From an uncultured bacterium (GTDB taxonomy: Bacteria > Krumholzibacteriota > Krumholzibacteriia > LZORAL124-64-63): a stretch of 64,000 bases of DNA. The stretch spans positions 21,269-85,268 of the forward strand of contig CAIWHK010000049.1 of NCBI GenBank assembly GCA_903912525.1, read 5' to 3'. This document shows, in pieces, positions 49,197-60,600 of the stretch. The translations under genes and the position numbers were made by a program. How positions within the stretch are numbered: the stretch's first letter is position 1; each line of letters opens with the position of its first letter. The notes below the pieces were generated by a model that had not been told where the DNA came from, did no database searches, and was given only the letters and a program-made list of their open reading frames with translations.

Positions 49197-50234
49197 TCAG
49201 TGACCGCGCCGGAATTCCTGGACCGTACGGACCAGGGTCTCCACCGCGGGGATCGGCGCATGCGGCAGAATGCCGTGCCCCAGGTTGAACACGTGGCCGG
49301 GGGCCTTTTCGCCCTTGCGGCAGATCTCCAGCGCGCGCGAGCGCACCTGCTCGTGCGTGCCGTACAGCACCAGCGGGTCCAGGTTGCCCTGCACGCAGCG
49401 GCCCGGCAGCTCAGTGATGGCGCGCGTCAGGTCCTGCGTCCAGTCCACCCCGAAGCACTCGACGTCCAGGGTCGAGACGAGGTGGTTGTAAGGCGCGCTG
49501 CCCTTCAGGAAATAGATACGGGGCACGCCCGAGTCCTTCAGGCCGTCCATGATGCGGCGCACCACCGGCAGCACGTGCTTCTCGTAGTCGGCCGGGTGCA
49601 GGATGCCGCCCCAGGTGTCGAACAGCTGCACGGCGTCGACGCCGGCCGCGACCTGCATCTTCAGGTAGTCCAGCACCTGGTCGCCCAAAAGATCGAGCAG
49701 CTCCTGCAGCAGGTCGGGCCGCGAGTACAGCATCGTCTTGATATGCTCGTACTCCTTCGATCCGCCGCCCTCGATCAGGTAGCTGGCCAGCGTGAACGGC
49801 GAGCCCGCGAAGCCGATCAACGGCGTCTTGTCGCCCAGTTCCTTCTTCATCAGCTTGATGGCGTCGGCCACGAAGCCGACGCCTTCCAGCGACGGGTAGC
49901 GCTACAGCGAGCGGATGTCGCGCTCGTCGCGCAGCGGCCGCTCCAGCTTGGGGCCGCCGTGCGAGAAGTCGAACGGGGCGCCCATGGCCTCGAGCGGCGT
50001 CAGGATGTCGCTGAACATGATCGCCGCGTCGAAGCCGAACCGCCGGATCGGCTGGATGGTGACCTCGCAGGCCGCCTCGGGCGAACGGCACAGGTCGTTG
50101 AACGAGATCTTCGACCGCACCTCCATGTACTCCGGCAGGTAGCGGCCCGCCTGGCGCATGACCCAAATGGGCGTACGGTCGCACGGCTCGCCGCGCAGGT
50201 TCTTCAGGAAGATGCAGTCCTTGAGGTCGGCCAT
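49197..50234 (-). pseudogene. hemE: Uroporphyrinogen decarboxylase interrupted by an in-frame TAG (codon 111): nonsense mutation, read-through or sequence error
   Basis: '[13 protein letters not shown]', 'FSDIL', then ...DIRSL-TAG-RYPSLEGVGFVADAI... in the same frame to 'GFAGSPFTLASY', 'QLFDTW', 'QGNLDP', 'FNLGHG'. Confidence 0.85.
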
Positions 50235-50239
50235 GCGCG

Positions 50240-51517
50240 TCAGCTCCAGCTCTTGAAGGTGTCGGCCACGGCACTCACCGTGGCGTCGATGTCGGCGTCG
50301 GTATGCGCCGCGCTCACGAACCCGACTTCCCAGCCCGACGGGGCCAGGTAGATGCCGCGGTCGATCAGGTCGCGGTGCAGACGTCCGTAGATGGGCATCT
50401 TCGAGCCGTCGACGGCCGCGACCGCGCGCGGCGCCTCGGGCTGGAACACGCACCAGAACAGCGAGCCCTGCCGGGCCAGGCTGGCGGTGATGCCGGCGTC
50501 GGCCGCGGCCTTCTTCAGGCCCGCCTCGAGCCGGGCGCCCTTGCGCTCGAGGTCCTCGTAGAAGCCGGGGCGGCCCGTCTTCTCCAGGGTCACGAGTCCC
50601 GCGGCCATCGCAACCGGGTTGCCGCTCAGCGTGCCGGCCTGGTAGACCGAGCCCAGCGGCGAGACGTGCGCCATGATGTCCCGGCGCGTGGCGTAGGCGC
50701 CCACGGGGAAGCCGCCGCCGATGATCTTGCCGTAGGTGCCCATGTCCGGCGTGATGCCGAGCAACTCGGCCGCGCCGCTGCGCGCCACGCGGAAGCCGGT
50801 GATGACCTCGTCAAAGATCAGAAGCGCGCCGTGTTTCGTCGTCAGGTCGCGGCAGGCCTTCATGAACGCGGCAGTCTGGATGAGCAGGCCGCTGTTGGCC
50901 GGCACCGGCTCGATGATGAGCGCGGCCACCTCGCTGCCGCGCGCGGCGAAGAACGCTTCCAGCTTCTCGACGTCGTCCAGGGGCAGCACGACCGTGGTGT
51001 CGCTGAAGCCCTTGGGGACGCCGGCGCTGCTGGGCGTGCCGAACGTGGCCAGGCCGCTGCCCGCTTCCACGAGCAGGCTGTCGGTGTGGCCGTGGTAGCA
51101 GCCGCTGAACTTGACGGTGATGTCACGGCCCGTGAAGCCGCGAGCCAGGCGGATTGCGCTCATCACGGCCTCGGTGCCGCTGCTGACGAAGCGCACCTGG
51201 TCGAAGTGCGGCATGCGGGCCAGGAAGGCCTCGGCCAACAGCACCTCGCGGCGGCTGGGCGCGCCGAACGACGCGCCCTCGTTCATCGCCTCGAGCGCCG
51301 CGGCGTGCACCTCGGCGTCGGCGTGGCCCAGGATGAGCGGGCCCCAGCTCAGGCACCAGTCGATGTACGACTTCCCGTCCTCGTCGGTGAAGCGGCAGCC
51401 CTTCGCCGACTTGAAGAACAGGGGATCGCCCGGCACCGACTTGAACGACCGCACCGGGCTGTTGACGCCGCCGGGCATGACCTTCTGCGCCCGCTCCCAC
51501 CAGTTCGCGTTGCTCAC
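50240..51517 (-). CDS. hemL: Glutamate-1-semialdehyde 2,1-aminomutase
   Basis: '[10 protein letters not shown]', 'SGTEA', 'GCYHGH', 'FDEVITGFR', 'GKIIGGGFP', 'QAGTLSGNP'. Confidence 0.96.
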   Translation of the reverse strand: MSNANWWERAQKVMPGGVNSPVRSFKSVPGDPLFFKSAKGCRFTDEDGKSYIDWCLSWGPLILGHADAEVHAAALEAMNEGASFGAPSRREVLLAEAFLARMPHFDQVRFVSSGTEAVMSAIRLARGFTGRDITVKFSGCYHGHTDSLLVEAGSGLATFGTPSSAGVPKGFSDTTVVLPLDDVEKLEAFFAARGSEVAALIIEPVPANSGLLIQTAAFMKACRDLTTKHGALLIFDEVITGFRVARSGAAELLGITPDMGTYGKIIGGGFPVGAYATRRDIMAHVSPLGSVYQAGTLSGNPVAMAAGLVTLEKTGRPGFYEDLERKGARLEAGLKKAAADAGITASLARQGSLFWCVFQPEAPRAVAAVDGSKMPIYGRLHRDLIDRGIYLAPSGWEVGFVSAAHTDADIDATVSAVADTFKSWS

Positions 51518-52488
51518 TTGAGCCATCCCTTCGAGAGTGCGTCGCGGCCGTGGTAGGTGATGATCAGGTCCGAGCCGGCGCGGCGCATGGCCAGCAGGTT
51601 CTCGCGCACGATCAGCGCCTCGTTCACCCAGCCGGCGGCAGCCGCGGCCTTCACCAGCGAGTACTCGCCCGACACGTTGTAGCAGACCACGGGGATGAGC
51701 ACCTCGTCGCGCACGCGGCGGATGATGTCCAGGTAGGCCAGCGCGGGCTTGACCATCACCATGTCGGCGCCCTCGTCCACGTCCAGCAGCGCCTCGAGCA
51801 CGCCTTCGCGGCCGTTGCGCACGTCCATCTGGTAGCTCTTGCGGTCGCCCTGCGGCGCGCTGTCGCAGGCGTCGCGGAACGGGCCGTAGTAGGCGCTGGC
51901 GTACTTGGCGCTGTAGGCCAGGATCGCCGTGTCGGTGTAGCCCTCTTCGTCCATCAGCATGCGCATGGCGCCGACGCGGCCGTCCATCATGTCCGAGGGG
52001 CTGACGATGTCGGCGCCGTTGCGGGCGTGGGCCAGGGCCATCTCGGCCAGCTGTTCGACGCTGGCGTCGTTGACAACCTTGCCGTTCTCCAGGAAGCCGC
52101 AGTGGCCGTGGCTGGTGTAGGCGCACAGGCAGACGTCGGTGATGGTGATGATGTCCTGGCCGAACTGCTTCTTCAGCTCGCGCAGGGCGCGCGCCACGAC
52201 CGAGTCGTCGCCCAGCGCCGTGGAGCCGGTGGCGTCCTTCTTGTCGGGGATGCCGAACAGCAGGTGCGACTTCAGGCCCAGCTCGAGGTCAGCGGCCACT
52301 TCCTTGACCAGGTTGTCGACCGACACGTGGCCGATGCCGGGCATGCTGGCGATCTCGTCCTTGAATCCGGTGCCTTCGACCACGAAGTGCGGGGTGATCA
52401 GGTGCCGCGCCTCGACGTTGGTCTCGGCGACCATCTCGCGCATGACGGGGGTGGTGCGCAGGCGGCGGGGGCGTTCGAACATCTCCAT
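51514..52488 (-). CDS. hemB: Porphobilinogen synthase (Zn-type)
   Basis: 'RPRRLR', 'DVCLCAYTSHGHCG', 'PSDMMDGRV', 'MVKPA', 'YNVSGEY'. Confidence 0.97.
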   Translation of the reverse strand: MEMFERPRRLRTTPVMREMVAETNVEARHLITPHFVVEGTGFKDEIASMPGIGHVSVDNLVKEVAADLELGLKSHLLFGIPDKKDATGSTALGDDSVVARALRELKKQFGQDIITITDVCLCAYTSHGHCGFLENGKVVNDASVEQLAEMALAHARNGADIVSPSDMMDGRVGAMRMLMDEEGYTDTAILAYSAKYASAYYGPFRDACDSAPQGDRKSYQMDVRNGREGVLEALLDVDEGADMVMVKPALAYLDIIRRVRDEVLIPVVCYNVSGEYSLVKAAAAAGWVNEALIVRENLLAMRRAGSDLIITYHGRDALSKGWLK

Positions 52489-52511
52489 GGTGTGCACTCC
52501 GGTCCGAAGGT

Positions 52512-53204
52512 TTACGGGTTCCGGTCCAGGCCGGCGGCCCGGATCATCGCTTCCAGGTCGGGGGTCGCGGCGACCTCCGGTGCGAATCCGGCCTCGCGGG
52601 CAGCAGCCGCGGTGGTGGCGCCGATCGCCACGCATGCCGGTCGTTCGCTCCACGCGGCGGCAAACGCGCGCACCGCGGTGGGGCTGCAGAAGAAGACCAC
52701 GTCGCCCGGCGCCAGCGGCGCGGGCGGCAGTTCGCCCGGGGGCACCGCCGACGTGCGGTACAGCGCCACTTCCAAAACCTTGCAACCGGCCGCGCGCAGC
52801 GATGCGCCCGGCTCGCGCAGGCGCCCTTCGGCGCCCGGCAGCAGCACGCGGCACGGCGCGTCGACGCATTCCAGGAACGCGCGGGCCAGCGCGGCGCCGT
52901 CCGGTTCGTTCACACCCAGCACGTCGTAAAGCCCGACGGCTTCCAGCGCGGCGCGCGTGCCGTCACCCAGGGCGCCGAGCTTAACTCCGTCCGGCAACCC
53001 GTCCCACTCCGCCAGCGAACGTGCGCCCTGCGGCGACGTTACCAGCGCCCAGTCCCAGCGGCCCTCGGGGGCCGGCGCCGCCAGCGTCTCGTAGCGCAGC
53101 AGCGGCAGGTCCAGCACGGCCATGCCCCGCGCGCGCAGCTCCGCCAGCCACGGTGCATTGCCCTGCGCCTCGCGGGTCAGGACGATGCGGCGGCCGGCGT
53201 CCAA
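52512..53204 (-). CDS. hemD: Uroporphyrinogen-III synthase
   Basis: 'IVLTRE', 'VTSPQG', 'GDGTRAAL', 'LYRT', 'FCSPTAV', 'AIGATTA'. Start is approximate (TTG). Confidence 0.85.
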   Translation of the reverse strand: MDAGRRIVLTREAQGNAPWLAELRARGMAVLDLPLLRYETLAAPAPEGRWDWALVTSPQGARSLAEWDGLPDGVKLGALGDGTRAALEAVGLYDVLGVNEPDGAALARAFLECVDAPCRVLLPGAEGRLREPGASLRAAGCKVLEVALYRTSAVPPGELPPAPLAPGDVVFFCSPTAVRAFAAAWSERPACVAIGATTAAAAREAGFAPEVAATPDLEAMIRAAGLDRNP

Positions 53205-53206
53205 GC

Positions 53207-54154
53207 CTACAGCCCCCGGTGTGAGGCGAGCTTCGGCCAGGCCGTCTCGGCCAGAGCGTCGGGATCCGAACCCGTCAGGCTCAAACGCAGCGGAGCGGCA
53301 TCGGCGGCATCCAAAGCGAGGAACGCCTCGAGCTTCCACGCCGACCCGCCGCCGGTGATGTTCACGCCGAACGGCAGCTGGCAGCCGCCCTCGAGCCGGC
53401 ACAGCAGGTTGCGCTCGGCGCGCACCGCGCGCGCGGCCTCGGCGCAGTCGAGTTGCGCGATGGTCCGCTTCCAGATGTCCTCGTCGCGGCACTGCAGCCC
53501 GAGCATGCCCTGCGCGGGCGCCGGCACGAACACCGCGGGATCGAGCGGGCAGGTGTAGAGGTCGCTCAGGTCCAGCTCGAGCCGCTTCAGCCCGGCGCAG
53601 GCCAGCAGGATGGCGTCGTAGCGTCCCTCGCGCAGCCGGTTGACGCGCGTCGGCACGTTGCCGCGCAGGTCGACGATCTGCACGTCGGGCCGCACCAGAC
53701 GCAGCTGCGCCTGCCGACGCGCGGCGCTGGTGCCCACGCGCGGACCATCCTTCAGCGGCAGCGGGTCGCCCGCGGCGCGGCGCGCTTCATCGACCGCTTC
53801 CTTGCGCACCAGCAGCATCTCGCGCGCGTCCTCGCGTCCGACCATCGCCGCCAGCACCAGGCCGTCGGGCATCTCGGTCGCCAGGTCCTTCAGCGAGTGC
53901 ACGGCCAGGTCGACGCGACCGGCCAGCAGCGCATCCTCGAGCTCCTTCGTGAAGAAGCCCTTGCCCTCGAGCTGCGCCAGCGGCACATCGTCGATGCGAT
54001 CGCCCCGCGTCTTGATGATCTCGATCTCGGTCTCGGTGCCCAGCTCGCCGAGCATCCGCTGGATGGTGTGGGCCTGCCAAAGGGCCAGGTCCGAACCGCG
54101 GGTACCGATGCGGCACTTGGGGGCGAAATCGTGAGAGGCGGGCTGCTGGGGCAC
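53207..54154 (-). CDS. hemC: Hydroxymethylbilane synthase (porphobilinogen deaminase)
   Basis: 'IGTRGSDLALWQ', 'KGFFTKELE', 'AVHSLKD', 'RGNVPTR', 'LEGGC'. GGAGGA RBS. Confidence 0.96.
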   Translation of the reverse strand: MPQQPASHDFAPKCRIGTRGSDLALWQAHTIQRMLGELGTETEIEIIKTRGDRIDDVPLAQLEGKGFFTKELEDALLAGRVDLAVHSLKDLATEMPDGLVLAAMVGREDAREMLLVRKEAVDEARRAAGDPLPLKDGPRVGTSAARRQAQLRLVRPDVQIVDLRGNVPTRVNRLREGRYDAILLACAGLKRLELDLSDLYTCPLDPAVFVPAPAQGMLGLQCRDEDIWKRTIAQLDCAEAARAVRAERNLLCRLEGGCQLPFGVNITGGGSAWKLEAFLALDAADAAPLRLSLTGSDPDALAETAWPKLASHRGL

Positions 54155-54501
54155 GTCGGGTCCTCCGGGGTGGGCCGCTGCGCGGGTGGGAATTTTGACA
54201 AATATAATGGATACAGGGTTGGGGGCCAGCTTAGCCCCCTTTTTGGCGCCCGACAGCGACCGCGCCGGGTGCAAAAATCGGATCACAAAAGCGAAAATGA
54301 ACTAATTTTTGAACAAATATGCGCCCGGGGTTTGCAACCGCACCCGGACGGGGCCGCACCCGCCGGGAAAGGTCGTGAAAACCGGCAACCCAGGTGTGTT
54401 CGGGCCTCCATTTCCCCTATACTCATCCTGATCATGCTTCTTCGACTTCCCGCCCGACGATCGGGGAGCGAAGCGCATGCCTATGTCGCAAAGGGGGAGC
54501 G

Positions 54502-57500
54502 ATGAAGCGCCTGCCGTATCACGTGGCCAGGGGTGCGCTGCTGTTGCTGGTAACCTGCAGCGCCGCCGCAGGGGCGCCATCCGCCGCGCGCGTACCGTCA
54601 TCGGGACAGCACCTGTACTACGGCGCCGCCGCCACCGCCAAGGCGACCGGCGACACCGTCGACCTGATGGGCCCGGGCGCCGCCTTCCCGTACCGGGGTG
54701 ATTTCGAGACCGCGCAGGCGCGGCCCGCTGCCGCGGGTGCGTTGCCGGATGGCTGGACCTCGATCGACCAGACCTCCCCGGCGAACCACTGGCATGTCGA
54801 CAGCTACGGCAACCCGTTCGGGGGCGCGGCGGCCTGGTGCGGCGCGCTGGCCTTGGCGTACTGCGGCGGCGAGGATCCCGAAAGCGGCTACGCCAACGAC
54901 TGGCGCGACATCCTCGAGTTCCGCAAGACGGTCGGCGGGGCCGCCTCGGTGCGCGTGCAGGCCGACCTCCAGTACGACTGCGAACCCGGCTACGACTTCA
55001 CGACGCTGCAGCGTCGCACCGCGGCGCAACCCCTGTTCGAACCCGTTGCCGGCGGCCAGGGCCTGTCGTGGGACGGCGTCGGCACGGTGGCGGTGGACTA
55101 CACGTTCACCTACGCGCCGGCCGAACTGGTGGGCGGCGCCGACATCGCCATCGCCTTCGTGTTCGATTCGGACAACACCTGGTCCGACGGCGACTGCAAC
55201 TGGCCCACCGGGGGCGCCTGCCGCGTGGACAACATCGTCGTCACCCTGAACGGCGTCGCCTACACCGAGGATTTCTCCGACGGCGAACTGGGCCCCGACT
55301 GGGTCGCGGCGCCGAACGTGGGTGTGGGAAACTTCGCGCGCGTCTGGGGCCAGCTCGGCGACCTCGATGATTGCGCCCAGGACTACACCAAGGTCATCGC
55401 CTTCATCGACGACGGCCTGGTCGTGCCCGGCACCGGAGGCACTATCGGGGAACCCGGCAACGACTACGGACCGCCGGGCGGCTACATCGTCAACAACACC
55501 GGCGGGTTGCTGGGGCCGGCCTACCACCTGGAAAACGTCGTCGATTCACCGATGATGGCATTCCCCGACCAGGCCCGGCGGGGTGTGACCCTCGCGTTCG
55601 ACGTCTATCGCCACGAGCTGCTCGCGCCGAACGACAGCCCCGGCATCTTCTACACGTGGAGCATCCGCTCGGGTACTGCGGATTGGTTTGCCCACCTCAG
55701 CTACGGATGGTTCGACCGCAATTTCGTCTACTACGGCGGTCCCTCGTACCAGCGTTCGATCAACGTCGTCGACGACCTGATCGATCCGGACGCGACCCAC
55801 CTGCAGGTGCAGTTCGGCGTCATCGAGCTGGGCTGGCAGTTCGGCTACGGCAACGGCACCAACGGGACGCCGGCGCCGTATTTCGACAACGTCAGTGTCA
55901 AGGTGTACGGGTCCACCGGCCCCCACATCGTCGCGACCGAGATCCGACTGGCGAACGACGGCTTCCCGGCCATCGGCGATGTGGACCTCGTTCACCTTGG
56001 CGCCAACTCGGTGCGCTTCGACATGGCGGCGAACATCTCCGCGAGGACGCACCTGCGCAACGATCCCGGCGACAGCATCTGGATCGACGTGACGGCGCGT
56101 GCCGGTGGCCAGTTGGTGGGCCCACCGGTCATGTACTGGACGTTCGCGAGGAAGAACCCGCTGTTCAATCCGTATCGTTCGCTGCCGGCGAACCCGGTGG
56201 TGGGCAACGTGACCCGCAACGCGGCCGGCGTCACCGTCGCCAATCGCTACAACTTCGACCTGCCCGACACCGGCATGCTCTTCCCGGGCGACGTCCTGCA
56301 ATACTACTTCGCGTCCACCGACCAGGTCGGCGCCGACATCCGCACGGCGTTTGTCCCGGCGGACCGCAGCGGACTGGGCAATCCGTACCCGCACCAGAAC
56401 CTGTCGTCGCCCTACCAGCCTGCCTACCCGGGCGCGTTCACCGTCCGGTGCCTGCCGTCGGTGCAGGACGCCACGGGGTACCAGCCGTCCGTCCTGTTCT
56501 GGAACGACACCGGCTTCCGCGGCGACGAGGAGCGCTGGCACTCCGCCTTCATGTACCTGTGCTACAGGGCCGGCAGCGAATACGACCTGTTCACCACCCA
56601 CGGACCGACGTCCGGCGTCGGCAACGGCCTCGGCGGCCGGGCCACCGCGGCGCAGCTCGACGGCTACAGCGACATGCTGTACTCGTCGGGAGACCTGGGC
56701 ACCGCGACGCTGTCCAACGGCGACTTCAGCGGCGACCCGGGCAACGACCTGGCGCTGTTGAACAACTGGTTCGCGGTCGGTGGCCGGGACCTGTTCATGA
56801 CCGGCGATGACCTGGCGACCAGCCTCGCCGCGGCGGGAAGCGCGGGCACCACGTTCCTCGAGACCCGCATGGGGCTGGTGGTCAACGACGGCGACGTCCG
56901 CGACAACATCGGCGGGCAGGTGGCGCCCCTGGTCGTCAAGATGTCGGGCAATCCGGTGTTCGCCACCGCGGTGTCATGGACCGCCTACGGCGGCTGCCTG
57001 AACATCAACGACTTCGACAACGTCACGCCGCGGCCGGGAGCGGTGCGGTTGGCCCAGTTCACGTCGCCGGACGGCGTGTCCGCGCCCTACCCGTACGCGG
57101 CGGCCACGTTGAACGTCAACGGCGGCAATCGCGTCGTGTCGATGGATCACGACTTCAGGTATGTCACCGAGCCGGACAAGAGCCCGGTGCCCATTCCGGC
57201 CCGGGTCAAGATCCTCAGCAACGTGCTCGACTACTTCTGGGTGGCGAACAACCTGAGCGATTGCTTGGGCGATGCGCCCCCGGCCGCCGATGACCGTTTT
57301 GCCGTGACCAGCTACCCGAACCCGTTCAACCCGTCGGTCACGCTGCGCTACACGTTGCAGGCGCCAGGTCTGGTCACCATGAAGGTGTTCGACATGCGCG
57401 GCGCGCTGGTGCGCACGCTGCTCGACGGGCCCGTCGACCAGCCGAGCGGGGCGGTCACGTGGAACGGGCGCAGCGACGCGGGGGCGCAGGCGGCGTCTGG

Positions 57501-57567
57501 GCTGTACTTCGTGGAGACGCGCGCCGGCGACGAGGTGGACGTGCGCAAGGTGACGATGCTGAAGTGA
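54502..57567 (+). CDS. Large secreted protein with FlgD-Ig C-terminal domain, paralog A
   Basis: Signal peptide; 'QYDCEPGYDF' (InhA/MAM-like); tail 'YPNPFNPSVTLRY...WNGRSDAG..AASGLYFV...KVTMLK'. Confidence 0.85.
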   Translation: MKRLPYHVARGALLLLVTCSAAAGAPSAARVPSSGQHLYYGAAATAKATGDTVDLMGPGAAFPYRGDFETAQARPAAAGALPDGWTSIDQTSPANHWHVDSYGNPFGGAAAWCGALALAYCGGEDPESGYANDWRDILEFRKTVGGAASVRVQADLQYDCEPGYDFTTLQRRTAAQPLFEPVAGGQGLSWDGVGTVAVDYTFTYAPAELVGGADIAIAFVFDSDNTWSDGDCNWPTGGACRVDNIVVTLNGVAYTEDFSDGELGPDWVAAPNVGVGNFARVWGQLGDLDDCAQDYTKVIAFIDDGLVVPGTGGTIGEPGNDYGPPGGYIVNNTGGLLGPAYHLENVVDSPMMAFPDQARRGVTLAFDVYRHELLAPNDSPGIFYTWSIRSGTADWFAHLSYGWFDRNFVYYGGPSYQRSINVVDDLIDPDATHLQVQFGVIELGWQFGYGNGTNGTPAPYFDNVSVKVYGSTGPHIVATEIRLANDGFPAIGDVDLVHLGANSVRFDMAANISARTHLRNDPGDSIWIDVTARAGGQLVGPPVMYWTFARKNPLFNPYRSLPANPVVGNVTRNAAGVTVANRYNFDLPDTGMLFPGDVLQYYFASTDQVGADIRTAFVPADRSGLGNPYPHQNLSSPYQPAYPGAFTVRCLPSVQDATGYQPSVLFWNDTGFRGDEERWHSAFMYLCYRAGSEYDLFTTHGPTSGVGNGLGGRATAAQLDGYSDMLYSSGDLGTATLSNGDFSGDPGNDLALLNNWFAVGGRDLFMTGDDLATSLAAAGSAGTTFLETRMGLVVNDGDVRDNIGGQVAPLVVKMSGNPVFATAVSWTAYGGCLNINDFDNVTPRPGAVRLAQFTSPDGVSAPYPYAAATLNVNGGNRVVSMDHDFRYVTEPDKSPVPIPARVKILSNVLDYFWVANNLSDCLGDAPPAADDRFAVTSYPNPFNPSVTLRYTLQAPGLVTMKVFDMRGALVRTLLDGPVDQPSGAVTWNGRSDAGAQAASGLYFVETRAGDEVDVRKVTMLK

Positions 57568-57635
57568 CGCGAGAGGGCGGACAGCAAAGCCTGACGCGGC
57601 GATGGCCTGAACTGTCAATGGGGGAGATGGACGTC

Positions 57636-60600
57636 ATGACCACATTGCGCCATTCGGGTGCCCTGATGCTGGCGATCGCGGTGTTGATGGCTGCCGCGGT
57701 TGCGCACGCCAGCGCCGCCGCGGGACGGTCGTTGGCGGGAGTGTCCGCGCGGGAGTGGACGCCGACCAGCACGGTCCCGGTCACCACGTACGGCGGCGGC
57801 GCCGGCAAGGCCGTGGTCGACACCGTCACCCTGATGGGGCCGGGAGGCGTCTACCCGTATCGCGGCGACTTCGAGACGGTCAGTCCCCGCCCCGCAGCCG
57901 AAGGCCGCCTGGCCGACGGTTGGACCTCGATCGACTACACATCCCCGATCAACGGCTGGCACGTCGATACCTATCGCAACCCGTTCACGGGCAAGGCCGC
58001 CTGGTGTGGAGACCTGGCGATCGCGTCGTGCGGTTCCGACCCGGCCGGCGGCTACGGCAACAACTGGTACGGCATGCTCGAGTTCCGCAAGACGGTTGGC
58101 GCGGCTCCGGCCACCGTGCGTGTGCAGGCCAACGTGCAGTACGACTGCGAGCCGGCCTACGACTACCTGATGCTGCAACGGCGCACGGCCGCCGCTCCCG
58201 CCTTCGAGCCCGTCGCCACGGGCCAGGGCTTGTCTTGGGACGGCATCGGCACCACCGCCGTCGACTACACCTTCATGTGGACGGCCGCCGAACTGCTGGG
58301 CGGCACCGACATCGCCGTGGCTTTCGTGTTCGATGCGGATGGAGGCTGGTCGGACGCGGACTGCAGTTACCCGTCGGACGGCGCCGCGCGGGTGGACGAC
58401 GTCATCGTCACGGTCAACGGGACGGCGACCTACAGCGAAGATTTCGAGGATGGCGCCCTCGGGCCCGACTGGGCGGCGACGCCGAACCAGGGCGTCGGCG
58501 ACTACGCGCGGGTGTGGGACTCCGCGGGCGATCTGGACGACTGCGCCGCCAACTACTCGCGGCTCGTCGCGTTCCTGGACGACGGACTGGTCGTGCCCGG
58601 TACCGGAGGCACCCGGGGCACCACCGGCATGGACTACGGCCCGGGCGGCTGGGTCGTCAACGGGCGGGGCGGGATGCTGGGCTACAACAACGGCCTGGAC
58701 AACAGCATCCTGTCGCCGGTGATGGACCTGCCGGATCCGACCGCCGGCGGCCTGACGCTGGCCTTCGACGTCTACCGGCACGAGACATATTCAACGTCGT
58801 CCGCCGGCGTCTTCTACACCTGGGATATCCGCTCGACAGAGGGCGGCGACATCACCCAGGCCGCGTGGGTCAACCGCAACTTCGTCTATTACGGCGGCCC
58901 GGCCTGGGTGCGCGCGGTCAACCAGGCGGATGACCTGCTCGTCCCAGGGGCCACGCAGGCGCAGGTGCGCCTGAGCGCGATGCAGTTCAACTGGTTCTTC
59001 TGCTACGGTTGCGGCTGGGGCATCCCCACCCCGGCGCCGTACTTCGACAATGTCAACGTGAAGGCGTACCGCGGCACGGGGCCGCGCATCGTGGTCACCG
59101 ACATCCGTCTGGCCAGCGACGTGTTCCCGGCCTCGGGCGCGCTGGACCTGGCCAATCTCGCCGCGAACTCCTGCCGCTTCGACATGGCTGCGAACATCTC
59201 GCTCAAGACGCACAATCGCAACGACCCGGGCGACTCGATCTGGATCGAAGCGACGCCGCGTTCGGGCGGCACCCTGTCCACGCCGGTCATGCACTGGAAG
59301 TTCGCGAACAAGAACCCGTTGTTCACCGACGCGCATCGCACGGCCCTGGCCTCTGGCCAGATGGAAGGCAACGTCGCCGGCCGCGTGACCCGCACGGCTA
59401 CCGGGACCATCGTCGCCAACCGCTGGAACTTCGACCTTCCGGACACCGGCATGCTCTTCCCCGGCGACGTGCTGCACTACTACTTCGCCGCGACGGACGT
59501 GGTCGCGGGTGACACGCGCACGTCCACCGCGCCGGCGGACCTCGCCGGCTACGGCAGGCCGAATCCGCTGACCTATCCTGCCGTCTTCACGGTCAACTGC
59601 CTGCCGAGCGTATCCGACGCACAAGGCACGCAACCCACCATCCTCCTGTGGAACGATGCGGGCAACCGCGGCAACGATGACGAATGGAATACGGCCCTGC
59701 AGTTGCTTTGCCAGGTCGGCGGCCTCGACTACGACGTCTTCAACACCCACGGCGCGGCTTCCGGCGTCGGCAACGGCCTGGGCGGCCGCGCTACCGTGTC
59801 CCAGATCACGGGCTATGCCGACATGCTCTACACCTGCGGCGACCTGGGCGCCTTCACCCTCTCGAACGGCGACTACAACGTCGATGCGGGCAACGACCTG
59901 GGCCTGCTGGAGGCGTGGCTCGGGCTCGGCACTCGCGACCTCTTCGCGGCCGGCGACGACCTGGCGGCGAGTCTCTACGCGAGCGGCACCGCCGGGCGCG
60001 ACTTCCTGGCGAACCGCCTGGGTGCGGCCTATGTCGACGGTGACGTCCGCGACAACATCGACGGGCAGGATCAACCCCGGGTCGTGAGGGTGTCCGGCAA
60101 CCCCGTGTTCACGACCGCCAACGCGTGGACGGTCAACGGCGGTTGCCCGACCTTCAACGACTTCGACTACGTCACGCCGCTGCCCGGCGCCGTCCGGTTG
60201 GCGCAGTTCACGGGCACGGACGGCACGTCGACGCCCTACACCGCGGCGGCGGCCATCCTCAAGGTGAACGGGACCAGTCGCGTCGTCTCCCTGAACCACG
60301 ACCTGTCGTACATCATCGACAACGCCAAGGCCGCGTCACCGCTGCCTTATCGCGCACGGGTGATCAGCAACGTGCTGGACTACTTCCAGGCGATGCTGAA
60401 CTTCGGCGACTGCTACGCCGGCACGCCCCCGTTGCCGGGCGTCCCGGGCAGTTTCGCCGTCACCAGCTACCCGAACCCGTTCAACCCGTCGGTGACGCTG
60501 CACTACTCGCTGCCGAAGCCGGGCCCGGTGACGATGAAGGTCTTCGACGCCCGCGGTACCCTGGTGCGCACGCTGCTCGACGGCCCGGTGGAAACGGCCG

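Noticed and set aside
47499-50351. Long antisense or alternate-frame ORFs (e.g. 950 aa at 47499+, 1027 aa at 21364-, 989 aa at 60812+, 842 aa at 26791-)
   Set aside because: Shadow ORFs expected at high GC. They overlap well-supported genes and have Arg/Ala/Gly-rich, motif-free translations.
54195-54208. FNR-like box TTGAC-AAAT-ATAAT upstream of hemC
   Set aside because: Only 7/10 to TTGAT-N4-ATCAA with a poor right half. Plausible but not supportable.
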